This document shows positions 6,901 to 15,280 of a DNA stretch of 25,907 nucleotides, one piece after another. Within the stretch, counting starts at the first letter, position 1, and every line of letters starts with the position of its first letter. A model generated the notes under the pieces. That model did no database searches. It had not been told where the DNA came from and saw only the letters and a list, made by a program, of their open reading frames with translations. A program made the translations under genes and the position numbers. Source of the DNA: a virus (lineage: Duplodnaviria > Caudoviricetes); the IMG/VR virus record IMGVR_UViG_3300030102_003317, positions 1 through 25,907 of that record. One strand, written 5' to 3'.

Positions 6901-8795
6901 TGCCTTTATTTAAGCTTCAATTTAAACCGGGAATAAATAAGGAAGTTACGTCTTATAGTAATGAGGGTGGTTGGCGAGATAGTGATAAAATACGTTTCAG
7001 ATTTGGTGTTCCTGAAAAAATAGGTGGTTGGATTAAAGACACGTTAAATACTTTTCTTGGAACATCACGAGCTTTAAAAACGTGGGTTACACTTTCAGGT
7101 TTAAAACTATTGGGAGTTGGAACAAATTTAAAGTATTACATAAACAGAGGGGGTGAATACAAAGATATCACACCTCTTAGAGCTACAATAAACGTTTCAA
7201 ATAATGGTGTTACAACAGGCTCTGCGGGTTCTGGAATAGTAACAATACAAACGGCTTCTGCACATGGTGCCGTTCAAAATGATTTTGTAACATTAGCTAG
7301 TTTAACGACAACGGATGGAATTACGGCAGCTCAGTTAAATAAAGAGCATCAAATTATTGATTTAACCAACACTAGTGGAACTATATCTACTACGCATTTC
7401 AAAATTGATACAGGTGGATCGGCTACTTCAGGAAGTACGGCAGGTGGCGGTAGTAGCGGAACAGCGGCTTTTCAAATAAATACAGGATTAGATAGCACTG
7501 TTTTTGGTACAGGATGGGGCACGGGAACATGGGGTAGGGGTACATGGGATTCCGATGGAACGCCAACTCAAAGTGCAATTTTAAGGATATGGTCGCATGA
7601 TAATTTCGGTGAAGATTTAATTATTAACATTAGAAATGGAAGCATTTATTATTGGGACACCAGCGCAGATACTTTAGGTAGCTCAAGAGCTACAGAATTA
7701 AAAAGTGTCTCTGGAGCAGATTCCACAACACCCACTATTGCTACACAAATAATGGTTGATCCTAACGTTCATGTTATTGCTTTTGGTTGTGATGCTGAAA
7801 CAGCTATAGGAACACAAGATCCCTTGTTAATTCGTTTTTCAGATCAAGGCACAGCAACCACTTGGCAGTCTTTAGCGACTAATTCAGCCGGTGATTTGCG
7901 GGTAACAAGTGGTTCAGAAATAGTACAAGCTATAAAAACTAGGCAACAAATATTAGTTTTTACAGATGTTTCAGTTCACACTTTACAGTTTTTAGGGCCT
8001 CCATTTACTTTTGGTTTAAATTTAGTATCTGAAAACATAACTATTATGGGACCAAACGCAGCAAAAGCTGTTGATGATTTTGTTTTTTGGATGGGTGCAG
8101 AAGATTTTTATGCTTATGATGGTCGTGTTCAAAAACTACCTTGTTCCGTTAAGGCTTTTATTTTTAATGATTTTAACTTAGGTCAAAAAGAAAAAGTTTT
8201 TGCGGCATTAAATAGCACTTTTAATGAGGTTTGGTGGTTTTATCCTACGAGTAGTTCAGAAGAAATTGATAGGTATGTTATATATAATTATGTAGAAAAA
8301 TCGTGGGCTGTAGGAACTTTAACACGCACATCATGGATAGATCGTGGTATTTTTGATTTTCCTTTAGCAACAGATTCTTCAGGTATTTTATATACACATG
8401 AAAATGGCCTTAATGATGGTAGCACCACAACACCTTCAGCAATTAGTGCACATATTGAATCAAGTCAAATAGATATTGAGGATGGGGATAATTTTTTATT
8501 TTTAGATCGTTTAATTCCAGACATTACTTTTACAGGTTCGGAAGATCCTAGTCCAAAAGCTACCTTTACTTTAAAAACACGAAATTTTCCGGGAGGAAAT
8601 TATTTACAAAGTAACGACAGTGATATTACGCAATCTGTTGCAGAAACAAGTACTATTGTAGAACAATTTACCGAACAAGCTTTTGTAAGACTAAGGGGTC
8701 GAAGTTTTGCTTTAAAAGTTGCCAGTTCACAAACCGGGGTACAATGGCGATTAGGTTCCTCTAGAGTTCAAATAAGGCCCGATGGAAGAAGATAA
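6900..8795 (+). CDS. Tail nozzle / DNA stabilisation protein (P22 gp10 / T7 gp12-like beta-propeller)
   Basis: About 630 aa, beta-rich with propeller-like motifs (IRFSDQ, VFWMG, EVWWFYP, YVIYNY..W); lies between fibres and ejection genes. ATG 6900 (TGATG overlap, GAGG at 6891) is preferred to GTG 6897. Confidence 0.7.
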   Translation: MPLFKLQFKPGINKEVTSYSNEGGWRDSDKIRFRFGVPEKIGGWIKDTLNTFLGTSRALKTWVTLSGLKLLGVGTNLKYYINRGGEYKDITPLRATINVSNNGVTTGSAGSGIVTIQTASAHGAVQNDFVTLASLTTTDGITAAQLNKEHQIIDLTNTSGTISTTHFKIDTGGSATSGSTAGGGSSGTAAFQINTGLDSTVFGTGWGTGTWGRGTWDSDGTPTQSAILRIWSHDNFGEDLIINIRNGSIYYWDTSADTLGSSRATELKSVSGADSTTPTIATQIMVDPNVHVIAFGCDAETAIGTQDPLLIRFSDQGTATTWQSLATNSAGDLRVTSGSEIVQAIKTRQQILVFTDVSVHTLQFLGPPFTFGLNLVSENITIMGPNAAKAVDDFVFWMGAEDFYAYDGRVQKLPCSVKAFIFNDFNLGQKEKVFAALNSTFNEVWWFYPTSSSEEIDRYVIYNYVEKSWAVGTLTRTSWIDRGIFDFPLATDSSGILYTHENGLNDGSTTTPSAISAHIESSQIDIEDGDNFLFLDRLIPDITFTGSEDPSPKATFTLKTRNFPGGNYLQSNDSDITQSVAETSTIVEQFTEQAFVRLRGRSFALKVASSQTGVQWRLGSSRVQIRPDGRR

Positions 8796-9094
8796 TGTCT
8801 AGATTTAAAGTTCCTGCACCTTTTTTATCTATGCCACCGCAAGAATATCAGTCAACTTATTTTGCAGATTTAGTGCGTAATTTTGCTGTTTTTGTTAATA
8901 TTTTAAGAAATCCGGGAGAAGAACGTGCAACTACCATGACGCTTACTAATTTACCTAGTAGCGATTCCGGTTTAGAAAATGGAGCTTTATTTGAACAAAA
9001 TGGGTTTGTTTTAATTACAAAGGTTAATACGCCGCATCCGGCAGGGTTATCTGGAACAGGTGCTGTTGGAACAGTTACCGTGACTACAACGTGA
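8795..9094 (+). CDS. Small tail-associated protein ending in GLSGTGAVGTVTVTTT
   Basis: TAATG coupling to the nozzle gene; 99 aa; PP.EY N-terminal motif and LP.S..GL..G.L mini-repeat. Confidence 0.7.
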   Translation: MSRFKVPAPFLSMPPQEYQSTYFADLVRNFAVFVNILRNPGEERATTMTLTNLPSSDSGLENGALFEQNGFVLITKVNTPHPAGLSGTGAVGTVTVTTT

Positions 9095-9108
9095 GGTTTT
9101 GTTATAGT
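9080..9108 (+). promoter_or_regulatory. Candidate sigma70-type promoter for the ejection-protein genes
   Basis: GTGACT (9080-9085), 17-nt spacer, TATAGT (9103-9108) with extended -10 TG at 9100-9101, at one of the few intergenic gaps of the module. Confidence 0.45.
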
Positions 9109-9135
9109 GTTTATAGAATATAATAGGTGTTACGT

Positions 9136-10695
9136 ATGACTCAATTTACACAAAATTCAAGTGGTATATTAGGTTTATCGCAAGTAGCGGATAAATTAGC
9201 TGAGTTTGGTAGAAACGAAGATACGTATATCGTACATGCTTCGGAAGGTGAAACAGTAATTCCAGCAGAAGTTTTTAAAAATAATCCAAATTTAAAACAA
9301 AATTTATTTCGTCAAATGGAATCTATAGGTTTAGATCCTAATAGATATGTAGTAGGGAATCAATTAAATAGTATTAACCCTGTAACAGGACAACCAGAGT
9401 TTTTTTTAAAAAAAATATTTTCAGGTGTAAAAAAAGTAATAAAAAAAGTGGCTCCTACTGTTTTACCCGTAGCGCTTAGTTTAGTTCCCGGTTTAGGACC
9501 TATATATGGTGGCGCTTTAGGTACTGGTATTGGTACATTATTAAGTGGCGGCAGTGCTAAAGATGCTTTAAAAAATTCTTTAATTGCAGGGGGTATAGGC
9601 GGTTTATTTTCAGGTTTACGCGGTGGTTTTAGAAAAGTGCCGGGTCAAGATTTTATGTCAGGTTTTGAGCAAGGCATTAGTCAAGATTTAATGCGGCCAT
9701 TTAATGTTGCTCGTGGTTTAAGTGCGGTGCCTTTACAACAAGGTTCATTAAGAACTACTGAAAGTCAAACAGAAGCTTTAGCAAACGCAGGTGACGCTGC
9801 AACTATTTCGGGGCCTGCACTTGAAACAAATCAACTCAACCCGGATATTTTAAAACTTGACTTCGAGTCCCAAAAATTCCCGCAGTTTGATCGTGTAAAT
9901 GTTCAAGGTGGAGAATTACCTTTTAGGTTTACTACTCCAGAACAACCTGTAATTGCATCTAATATAGATCTTGATTTAAGTGCACCTGTAGTTTCTGGAC
10001 AATCTTCAAATTTACCTGTAGGTTCTGGACAATCTTCAAGTGCATCGCAGGGTAAGTTTGATCGTGCTAAAGATATTTTGTTTAGGGGTGGGAGAAGCGA
10101 GCAAGACATTGTTACGCAAAAAATTAAAGCGGGTGACGATGCTTTTAATCGAGTTAAACAAGATGTTTTTGCAAGAACTGGTGATGAAAAACTAGCAAAC
10201 GCCCGTGCTCTGCAAGCTTCTGATCTAGCACAAAAAAGCGTTGAGCCGGGTTTATTTCAACGTTTTGGACCTAGTGCAGCGATAGCAACAGGAATAGCGG
10301 GTTTAGCGGGAGCCTTTGATACGCCTGAAGAACCCGAACAAGCTAATTTTTTTGAACAAAGATATGGTCCAACTGGAACGGTTTCTTCAAATGTAGATCA
10401 ATTTAGATTTGCAACACCTATACAATATAGGCCCACTGATTTAATTAGTGATTCTATTTCAATTCCATCAAGATTTGCCGCAAACGGTGGGGAAATAAAT
10501 GGTCAATATTTTCCGCGTAAAGTTGGTGCTATATATGGTCCGGGAACTGAAACTTCTGATGATGTTCCAGCTATGTTATCTAATGGGGAATTTGTTATGA
10601 CGGCTAAAGCCGTTCGTGGTGCAGGTGACGGTAGTCGTAAAGAAGGTATGAAAAACATGTATAATATGATGCGTAATTTTGAAGGAGCTGCGTAA
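9136..10695 (+). CDS. Probable ejection/internal virion protein with two lambda gpH C-terminus-like modules and membrane-active segments
   Basis: DTYIVHASEGETVIPAE (N-term) and GPGTETSDDVPAMLSNGEFVMTAKAV...GMKNMYNMMRNF (C-term); Gly-rich hydrophobic helices. ATG 9136 with AGGTG SD is preferred to GTG 9127. Confidence 0.65.
   Translation: MTQFTQNSSGILGLSQVADKLAEFGRNEDTYIVHASEGETVIPAEVFKNNPNLKQNLFRQMESIGLDPNRYVVGNQLNSINPVTGQPEFFLKKIFSGVKKVIKKVAPTVLPVALSLVPGLGPIYGGALGTGIGTLLSGGSAKDALKNSLIAGGIGGLFSGLRGGFRKVPGQDFMSGFEQGISQDLMRPFNVARGLSAVPLQQGSLRTTESQTEALANAGDAATISGPALETNQLNPDILKLDFESQKFPQFDRVNVQGGELPFRFTTPEQPVIASNIDLDLSAPVVSGQSSNLPVGSGQSSSASQGKFDRAKDILFRGGRSEQDIVTQKIKAGDDAFNRVKQDVFARTGDEKLANARALQASDLAQKSVEPGLFQRFGPSAAIATGIAGLAGAFDTPEEPEQANFFEQRYGPTGTVSSNVDQFRFATPIQYRPTDLISDSISIPSRFAANGGEINGQYFPRKVGAIYGPGTETSDDVPAMLSNGEFVMTAKAVRGAGDGSRKEGMKNMYNMMRNFEGAA
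9984..10039 (+). repeat. 30-bp in-frame tandem duplication (PVVSGQSSNL / PVGSGQSSSA)
   Basis: acctgtag(t/g)ttctggacaatcttcaa occurs at 9984 and 10014. Confidence 0.9.
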
Positions 10696-10700
10696 GTTTT

Positions 10701-11657
10701 ATGGTTAATGAAACAGTTACACAAATCACGGCTGAATCTCCAGAAATGGAGGCTAGAAGACTTGCTCTTTTAGATGACGTAAAAGCTGAAATAGATCGAA
10801 AATTAGGCTTAACAGCGCCTCAGTATCAAGTTGCTGGGTTAACTCCCAATCAAATTCAAGCAATGAGGGTTGCGGGGGAAGGTATAGGTTCTTTTGAACC
10901 GTTTATACAAGGCGGCGTACAAGCGGTTAGAAGAGGTACGGACGCTATAGATGATGCTGGAATGGAAGCTTTTTCAAAAGCTTCTGGTTTAGTAGATCCG
11001 TCAGCTATTTCGCAATTTTTTAACCCTTTTGAACAGCAGGTAGTAGATCAAACTCTTGCAGATTTAGCTAGGCAAAGTCAAATTCAAGGTGTTCAAAATA
11101 GAGCTAGAGCGGCTGGTTCCGGTGCGTTTGGTGGAGCTAGAATGGGCGTAGAGGAAGCGGAGAGAGCAGGTCGTTTGTTTGATGCTTCCGCCCGTGCAGC
11201 AGGTGAGTTAAGACAACAAGGTTACACACAGGCAGCACAATTAGCGCAAAATGCAGCACAATTACAAGGAATGATTGGTTCTGGAATAGGTTCTTTAGGG
11301 TCATCTTTAGGTGATTTAGGGGTTAAACAGGCGGGCATAGGGGAACTAACTTCACAACTTAGCACTAGAGATTTAACTAATTTATTAGCTACCGGTGCTA
11401 CGCAACAAGAACAGGCACAAAAAGAATTAGAAGCTAAACGTTTAACCGACACCCAAAATTTTTATCAACCTTTAAATTTATTCGGAACATACAGTGATAT
11501 ATTGTCTAAAACACCTTCTGCAATGCAAACAGTATCTTCTGGAACGGCCCCTAACACGCCTTGGTGGCAAACTTTATTAGGAGCGGGCACGGCTGCGGGA
11601 GCAACGGTTGCAGGTTTAAATCAACTTCAAGGTGGATCTACCGGAGGTATATTATAG
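10701..11657 (+). CDS. Probable DNA ejection/transfer protein (Gln/Ala/Gly-rich, helical)
   Basis: QVAGLTP.Q, FFNPFEQQVVD, GAFGGAR and LRQQGY motifs, C-terminal Gly-rich hydrophobic helix (WWQTLLGAGTAAG); typical of podovirus ejection proteins. Confidence 0.65.
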   Translation: MVNETVTQITAESPEMEARRLALLDDVKAEIDRKLGLTAPQYQVAGLTPNQIQAMRVAGEGIGSFEPFIQGGVQAVRRGTDAIDDAGMEAFSKASGLVDPSAISQFFNPFEQQVVDQTLADLARQSQIQGVQNRARAAGSGAFGGARMGVEEAERAGRLFDASARAAGELRQQGYTQAAQLAQNAAQLQGMIGSGIGSLGSSLGDLGVKQAGIGELTSQLSTRDLTNLLATGATQQEQAQKELEAKRLTDTQNFYQPLNLFGTYSDILSKTPSAMQTVSSGTAPNTPWWQTLLGAGTAAGATVAGLNQLQGGSTGGIL

Positions 11658-12718
11658 TGGATTTTGTTTTAAACAGACCTTTATTTAAACAAGGTTTTCA
11701 AGAAGGCGGCGAAGTTGAAAAAAATGTTTCGCCCAATATTTTGAGCAACTTAAATGAACGTGAAAAAGAAATAGTTGCAACGTTATTTTTGCAGGGTTTT
11801 TCTTTAGAAGATGCTGTTAAACAAGTTGAAGAAATGAAGTTTGAAAAACGTAAAGAAGATGTTGGAAGTGCCCCACTTGCTGGAGCAGCAATAGGAACGG
11901 GAATAGCTGCTTTAGATGCTCAAAAAAGTGGCTTATTTGATAAAATTAAATCTAGCGAAAGTGCTCAAAAATTAGGGCGTTTTGGAAAAAATTTAGGTAG
12001 ATTTGCTTTTAGTCCACAAGGTGCTTTAGCTGCTATAGGCGTAGGAATGTTAGCAAGTGAATCTGACTCAGACATTTTAAGAAAGGTTTTAGAAGAAAAA
12101 CAAATGGATGAATTTTTTACAAATAGGGACAGTGTTTCTAAATATATGCCACGTTCAGACTCTATAAGTTCTAAAGAAGTTGATATACCTGCTGTTCTTA
12201 ATCCTAGAAAATTTAATCAAGGGGGCTTGGTAGAACCTTCAACGTTGGGTATAGGTAGTATGCAAGAACAAGGTGGTATACCTTCTAATTTATTAACCGA
12301 TGTACAAAGGGATTCGGCTAATGAAATGGAAAAAGTGGGCACAGAGTATGTCGGTGAAGTATTATCGTCTATTGAAGGCGCTGAAGAACCTGTGGAAATG
12401 ATTAACGCTATACGCGGTAATGAAAGACCTATTGAGGAAAGATATCGCGAATTAGCTAGTATCGTGGGTCCTGAAGATGCAGCCGCGACTCCCGAAACAG
12501 TTTTAACTTTGGTTCAACCTACACTTATGATGACAGAACAGGGTGCTATAGATAGTGGTATTGGTCAAATGGTACGAGAATTAACGGAAGGTGCTGAAAT
12601 GATAGGGGAAGCAGGTGAGCCTACAGACATGGGTATGGGTATGGGCAATTTAATGATGCAGGGAGCCGAGCAACCAGCTATGTTATCTTCCGTACAAAAT
12701 TATGGAGTAGACTTGTAA
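11657..12718 (+). CDS. Probable internal virion/ejection protein (353 aa)
   Basis: Start re-called to GTG 11657 (TAGTG overlap, GGAGGT at 11643-11648), giving MDFVLNRPLFKQGFQEGGEV; contains RYRELASIVGPEDAAATPETVLTLVQP and two FxxGGxV motifs. Confidence 0.65.
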   Translation: MDFVLNRPLFKQGFQEGGEVEKNVSPNILSNLNEREKEIVATLFLQGFSLEDAVKQVEEMKFEKRKEDVGSAPLAGAAIGTGIAALDAQKSGLFDKIKSSESAQKLGRFGKNLGRFAFSPQGALAAIGVGMLASESDSDILRKVLEEKQMDEFFTNRDSVSKYMPRSDSISSKEVDIPAVLNPRKFNQGGLVEPSTLGIGSMQEQGGIPSNLLTDVQRDSANEMEKVGTEYVGEVLSSIEGAEEPVEMINAIRGNERPIEERYRELASIVGPEDAAATPETVLTLVQPTLMMTEQGAIDSGIGQMVRELTEGAEMIGEAGEPTDMGMGMGNLMMQGAEQPAMLSSVQNYGVDL

Positions 12719-14574
12719 TGAGGGAATATTTTGGACTTGGAAGTTTTTTTGGGCTGGATCCAACCGACCGAGATGATGTTACGAGGTTGGAAACAAAGCA
12801 ACTCGATAGAGCTAGGAAAATGCTTGGCAAAGACCTTTTAAACGTGCCAAAAAATTTAGGCTTAAATGTTGGCATTGAAACAAAAAAAATAAATGAAACG
12901 GACCTAGGAAATATTTTTAGGAATGCAAATCCAAATATAAATATGGGAACTTCTATAAAGCAATTAAACCCAGCATCTGTAAGACCCATTGAATCGTCTG
13001 TTTTAAATGCAGCTGAAGATACGTTTTCTATTAAACCTATTCAAGTTGATTCTAAAGGACCGGTACGTTTTAAAGGGGATGCTGTAGGCATGTTAGATAG
13101 AGATTACGCAAAGGAAGGTGCGTTACGTGAATCTTTAGCACAAAGACGTGATTTATATAGAGATATATTAGGCCCTACAGAAAGTCAAAAAGGTTTTCAA
13201 AAAGCACAAAACTATTTTGATATTGCCGCAGCAGCGGCTAATTTTGCGGCGGGGCGTGATGCAAGCGGTAAAGATGTGCGTGACTTGTCTCCCGCAGCCC
13301 AAGCGGCGGCAGCATTTTCAGGAGTTCCTCAACGTATAAGCGAACGTTTAGAAGAAGAACGTAAAGCACAACGGACTATAGATTTAGCGGCTTTAGAGGC
13401 GGCAGAAAAAGAAGAAACGGCTCGAAGAAGCCAAACAGGGCGTGAAAGGATAACGGCTGCTGGCATACAAACTCAAGAAGATTTAGCCCAATTTATACGT
13501 AATTTTGAACGCGAAGAGAACGAGTCTTTTAGGGGTTTTAAAGCTAGATTGCAAGCTCAGACTAACAGATTAAACCAATCTTTAAAGAACACAGATATCA
13601 GAGCAAATTTACAAAGACTAGGTTACGTTGCAGAACTTGAAAGGGTGGCACAAAATAACCTTTTCAATTTAAAACGGATAAGTGAAGCAGAAAGAGCCGC
13701 AAACAAATTTAAGATTGATATGACTACAAAAGCAGCAGAAGCAGAAGTAGAGGCAGCATTCTTTAATGTTAGACAAGAAAATGAAAATAATAGGTTGGAA
13801 GCTGCTCAAAAATTGCGAAACAAACTTGCAGGAGACCAGTTACGACTTAAATATGGTTTGGCTAATCAGGAATTTAAAAATATAAATGAGGAAAACTATA
13901 ATAATCTTTTGGATAATGCTTCTCAAAGAATATTTGATGAAGAAAAATTAAAAAACTTTTTAGAAGATAAGGAAAAAGAAAGAGCTAGCGCTGCACGTTT
14001 GGCTAAACTTGAGTTTGAAAACGAATTTAACCTATTTAAATTAGGTGAAGAAAATAAAAATGAAAGACAAAGACTACGCTTAGAACTTGAAAAATCTTTG
14101 GGTGAGGACAAACTAAATATGTTTGACAAAAACCTCAAACAAGCTATATCTGAATTTGAAAAAGATTTTGGATTAAGAAAGAATTTAAACAAGATTAAAG
14201 AAGATGAGTTAGATCTTAAAAGATTAGAAATTTTAATGGGTTTTACTAAAAAAGATCAGTTTTTTGAGGGTACTGGTCCAGAGGCAGTTTATGGCAATGT
14301 TGTAACCGATTCTGAGTTGTTAAATCGGTATGCACAGGGTAAGACAAGCGCTAGTGAAAATAGTTTAGTAGAACTTACTACGAAATATTATATAACACCA
14401 CAACTAACCAGAGATGAAAATCAAAATGTTGTAGAAAGACCGGGTTATTTACCAACTTCGTTAAGAGAGGCTCGTGAAAAACGTGAACAAAAAAACTTTC
14501 CTATCCCTTCTTTAAATAAAGAATTTGGATTAAACAACAATGGTGACGGACCATTAACACAACGAAACAATTAA
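12718..14574 (+). CDS. Probable internal virion/ejection protein with a long coiled coil
   Basis: TAATG coupling and GGAG SD; Ala-rich helix pair followed by a long E/K/R/L/N heptad-rich region. Confidence 0.6.
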   Translation: MREYFGLGSFFGLDPTDRDDVTRLETKQLDRARKMLGKDLLNVPKNLGLNVGIETKKINETDLGNIFRNANPNINMGTSIKQLNPASVRPIESSVLNAAEDTFSIKPIQVDSKGPVRFKGDAVGMLDRDYAKEGALRESLAQRRDLYRDILGPTESQKGFQKAQNYFDIAAAAANFAAGRDASGKDVRDLSPAAQAAAAFSGVPQRISERLEEERKAQRTIDLAALEAAEKEETARRSQTGRERITAAGIQTQEDLAQFIRNFEREENESFRGFKARLQAQTNRLNQSLKNTDIRANLQRLGYVAELERVAQNNLFNLKRISEAERAANKFKIDMTTKAAEAEVEAAFFNVRQENENNRLEAAQKLRNKLAGDQLRLKYGLANQEFKNINEENYNNLLDNASQRIFDEEKLKNFLEDKEKERASAARLAKLEFENEFNLFKLGEENKNERQRLRLELEKSLGEDKLNMFDKNLKQAISEFEKDFGLRKNLNKIKEDELDLKRLEILMGFTKKDQFFEGTGPEAVYGNVVTDSELLNRYAQGKTSASENSLVELTTKYYITPQLTRDENQNVVERPGYLPTSLREAREKREQKNFPIPSLNKEFGLNNNGDGPLTQRNN

Positions 14575-14577
14575 ATT

Positions 14578-15276
14578 ATGCAAAAACCAAACATAACCAT
14601 CGAACAATTTGTTGCACAAAACCCACGTTACAAAAAACGTGACAAGGATGAGTTGGCTCGTAAAATATATGAAGATGTGTATTCTGATATGCCTTATGAC
14701 GAATATTTAAGCATTGTTTTACCGGAACAAAAAGAAAAAAATAAACCTCAAGTTTTTGCAGATTTACCTCCCGGTACAGATTTAACGGCTGGAACTAGTA
14801 TTTTTAACCCTATAGCAACCCCTGTAAGAGGACTTGCAAATATTGCTACGGATTTAGGTGTTGAATCTTCAAAAGATATATTAAAAGAAAAAGAAGCCGT
14901 GGGTAGAAAAATTAAAGCTTTAAATACCTTAACAACTGTTACATTATTAGACAGCATATCTGTTCGAGAAAATCAAACGCTTCTTAACATGTTAAGAGAT
15001 TTAGAAATACCTGTTTTTGCTACAGATTCGCGTGTTTTATCTCAGTTAGAAGCAACGGAATCAACGATTGACTTTATGGAAAATATTATAGAAAAAAATC
15101 TTGAATCGGCTAATTTAAGCGCATCAGATAAATCTAATGAACGTGTGCAGTTAAATCGTATTAAGTCTTTAAGGGCTGAATATAAACCTTTGTTAGAAGC
15201 ATATAGAAGAAAATTAAAAAAAGAATTACCTCCACAAAATACAGGTGAAGATCCTTTAGACGCTTTTTTTGAGTAA
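14578..15276 (+). CDS. Probable internal virion/ejection protein (232 aa, helical)
   Basis: N-terminal FVAQNPRY...ELARKIY...YSDMPYDEY motif of the kind seen at ejection-protein N-termini; position in the cluster. Confidence 0.55.
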   Translation: MQKPNITIEQFVAQNPRYKKRDKDELARKIYEDVYSDMPYDEYLSIVLPEQKEKNKPQVFADLPPGTDLTAGTSIFNPIATPVRGLANIATDLGVESSKDILKEKEAVGRKIKALNTLTTVTLLDSISVRENQTLLNMLRDLEIPVFATDSRVLSQLEATESTIDFMENIIEKNLESANLSASDKSNERVQLNRIKSLRAEYKPLLEAYRRKLKKELPPQNTGEDPLDAFFE

Positions 15277-15280
15277 AAAT

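Noticed and set aside
9400-9415. T8A8 palindrome containing the slippery heptamer T TTT TTA
   Set aside because: Fully explained by coding FFLKK in an AT-rich genome; the -1 frame stops within about 25 codons.
9136-10695. Calling this gene a true tape measure protein (siphovirus)
   Set aside because: No major tail tube, tail chaperone frameshift pair or baseplate genes are seen; the context is adaptor, nozzle and ejection genes, and only the short module resembles gpH.
11561-11656. ORF-track N-terminal extensions (11561, also 25297 and 15269)
   Set aside because: They overlap upstream genes; downstream starts at 11657 and 25375 have clear SD sequences, and ATG 15281 follows the upstream stop closely.
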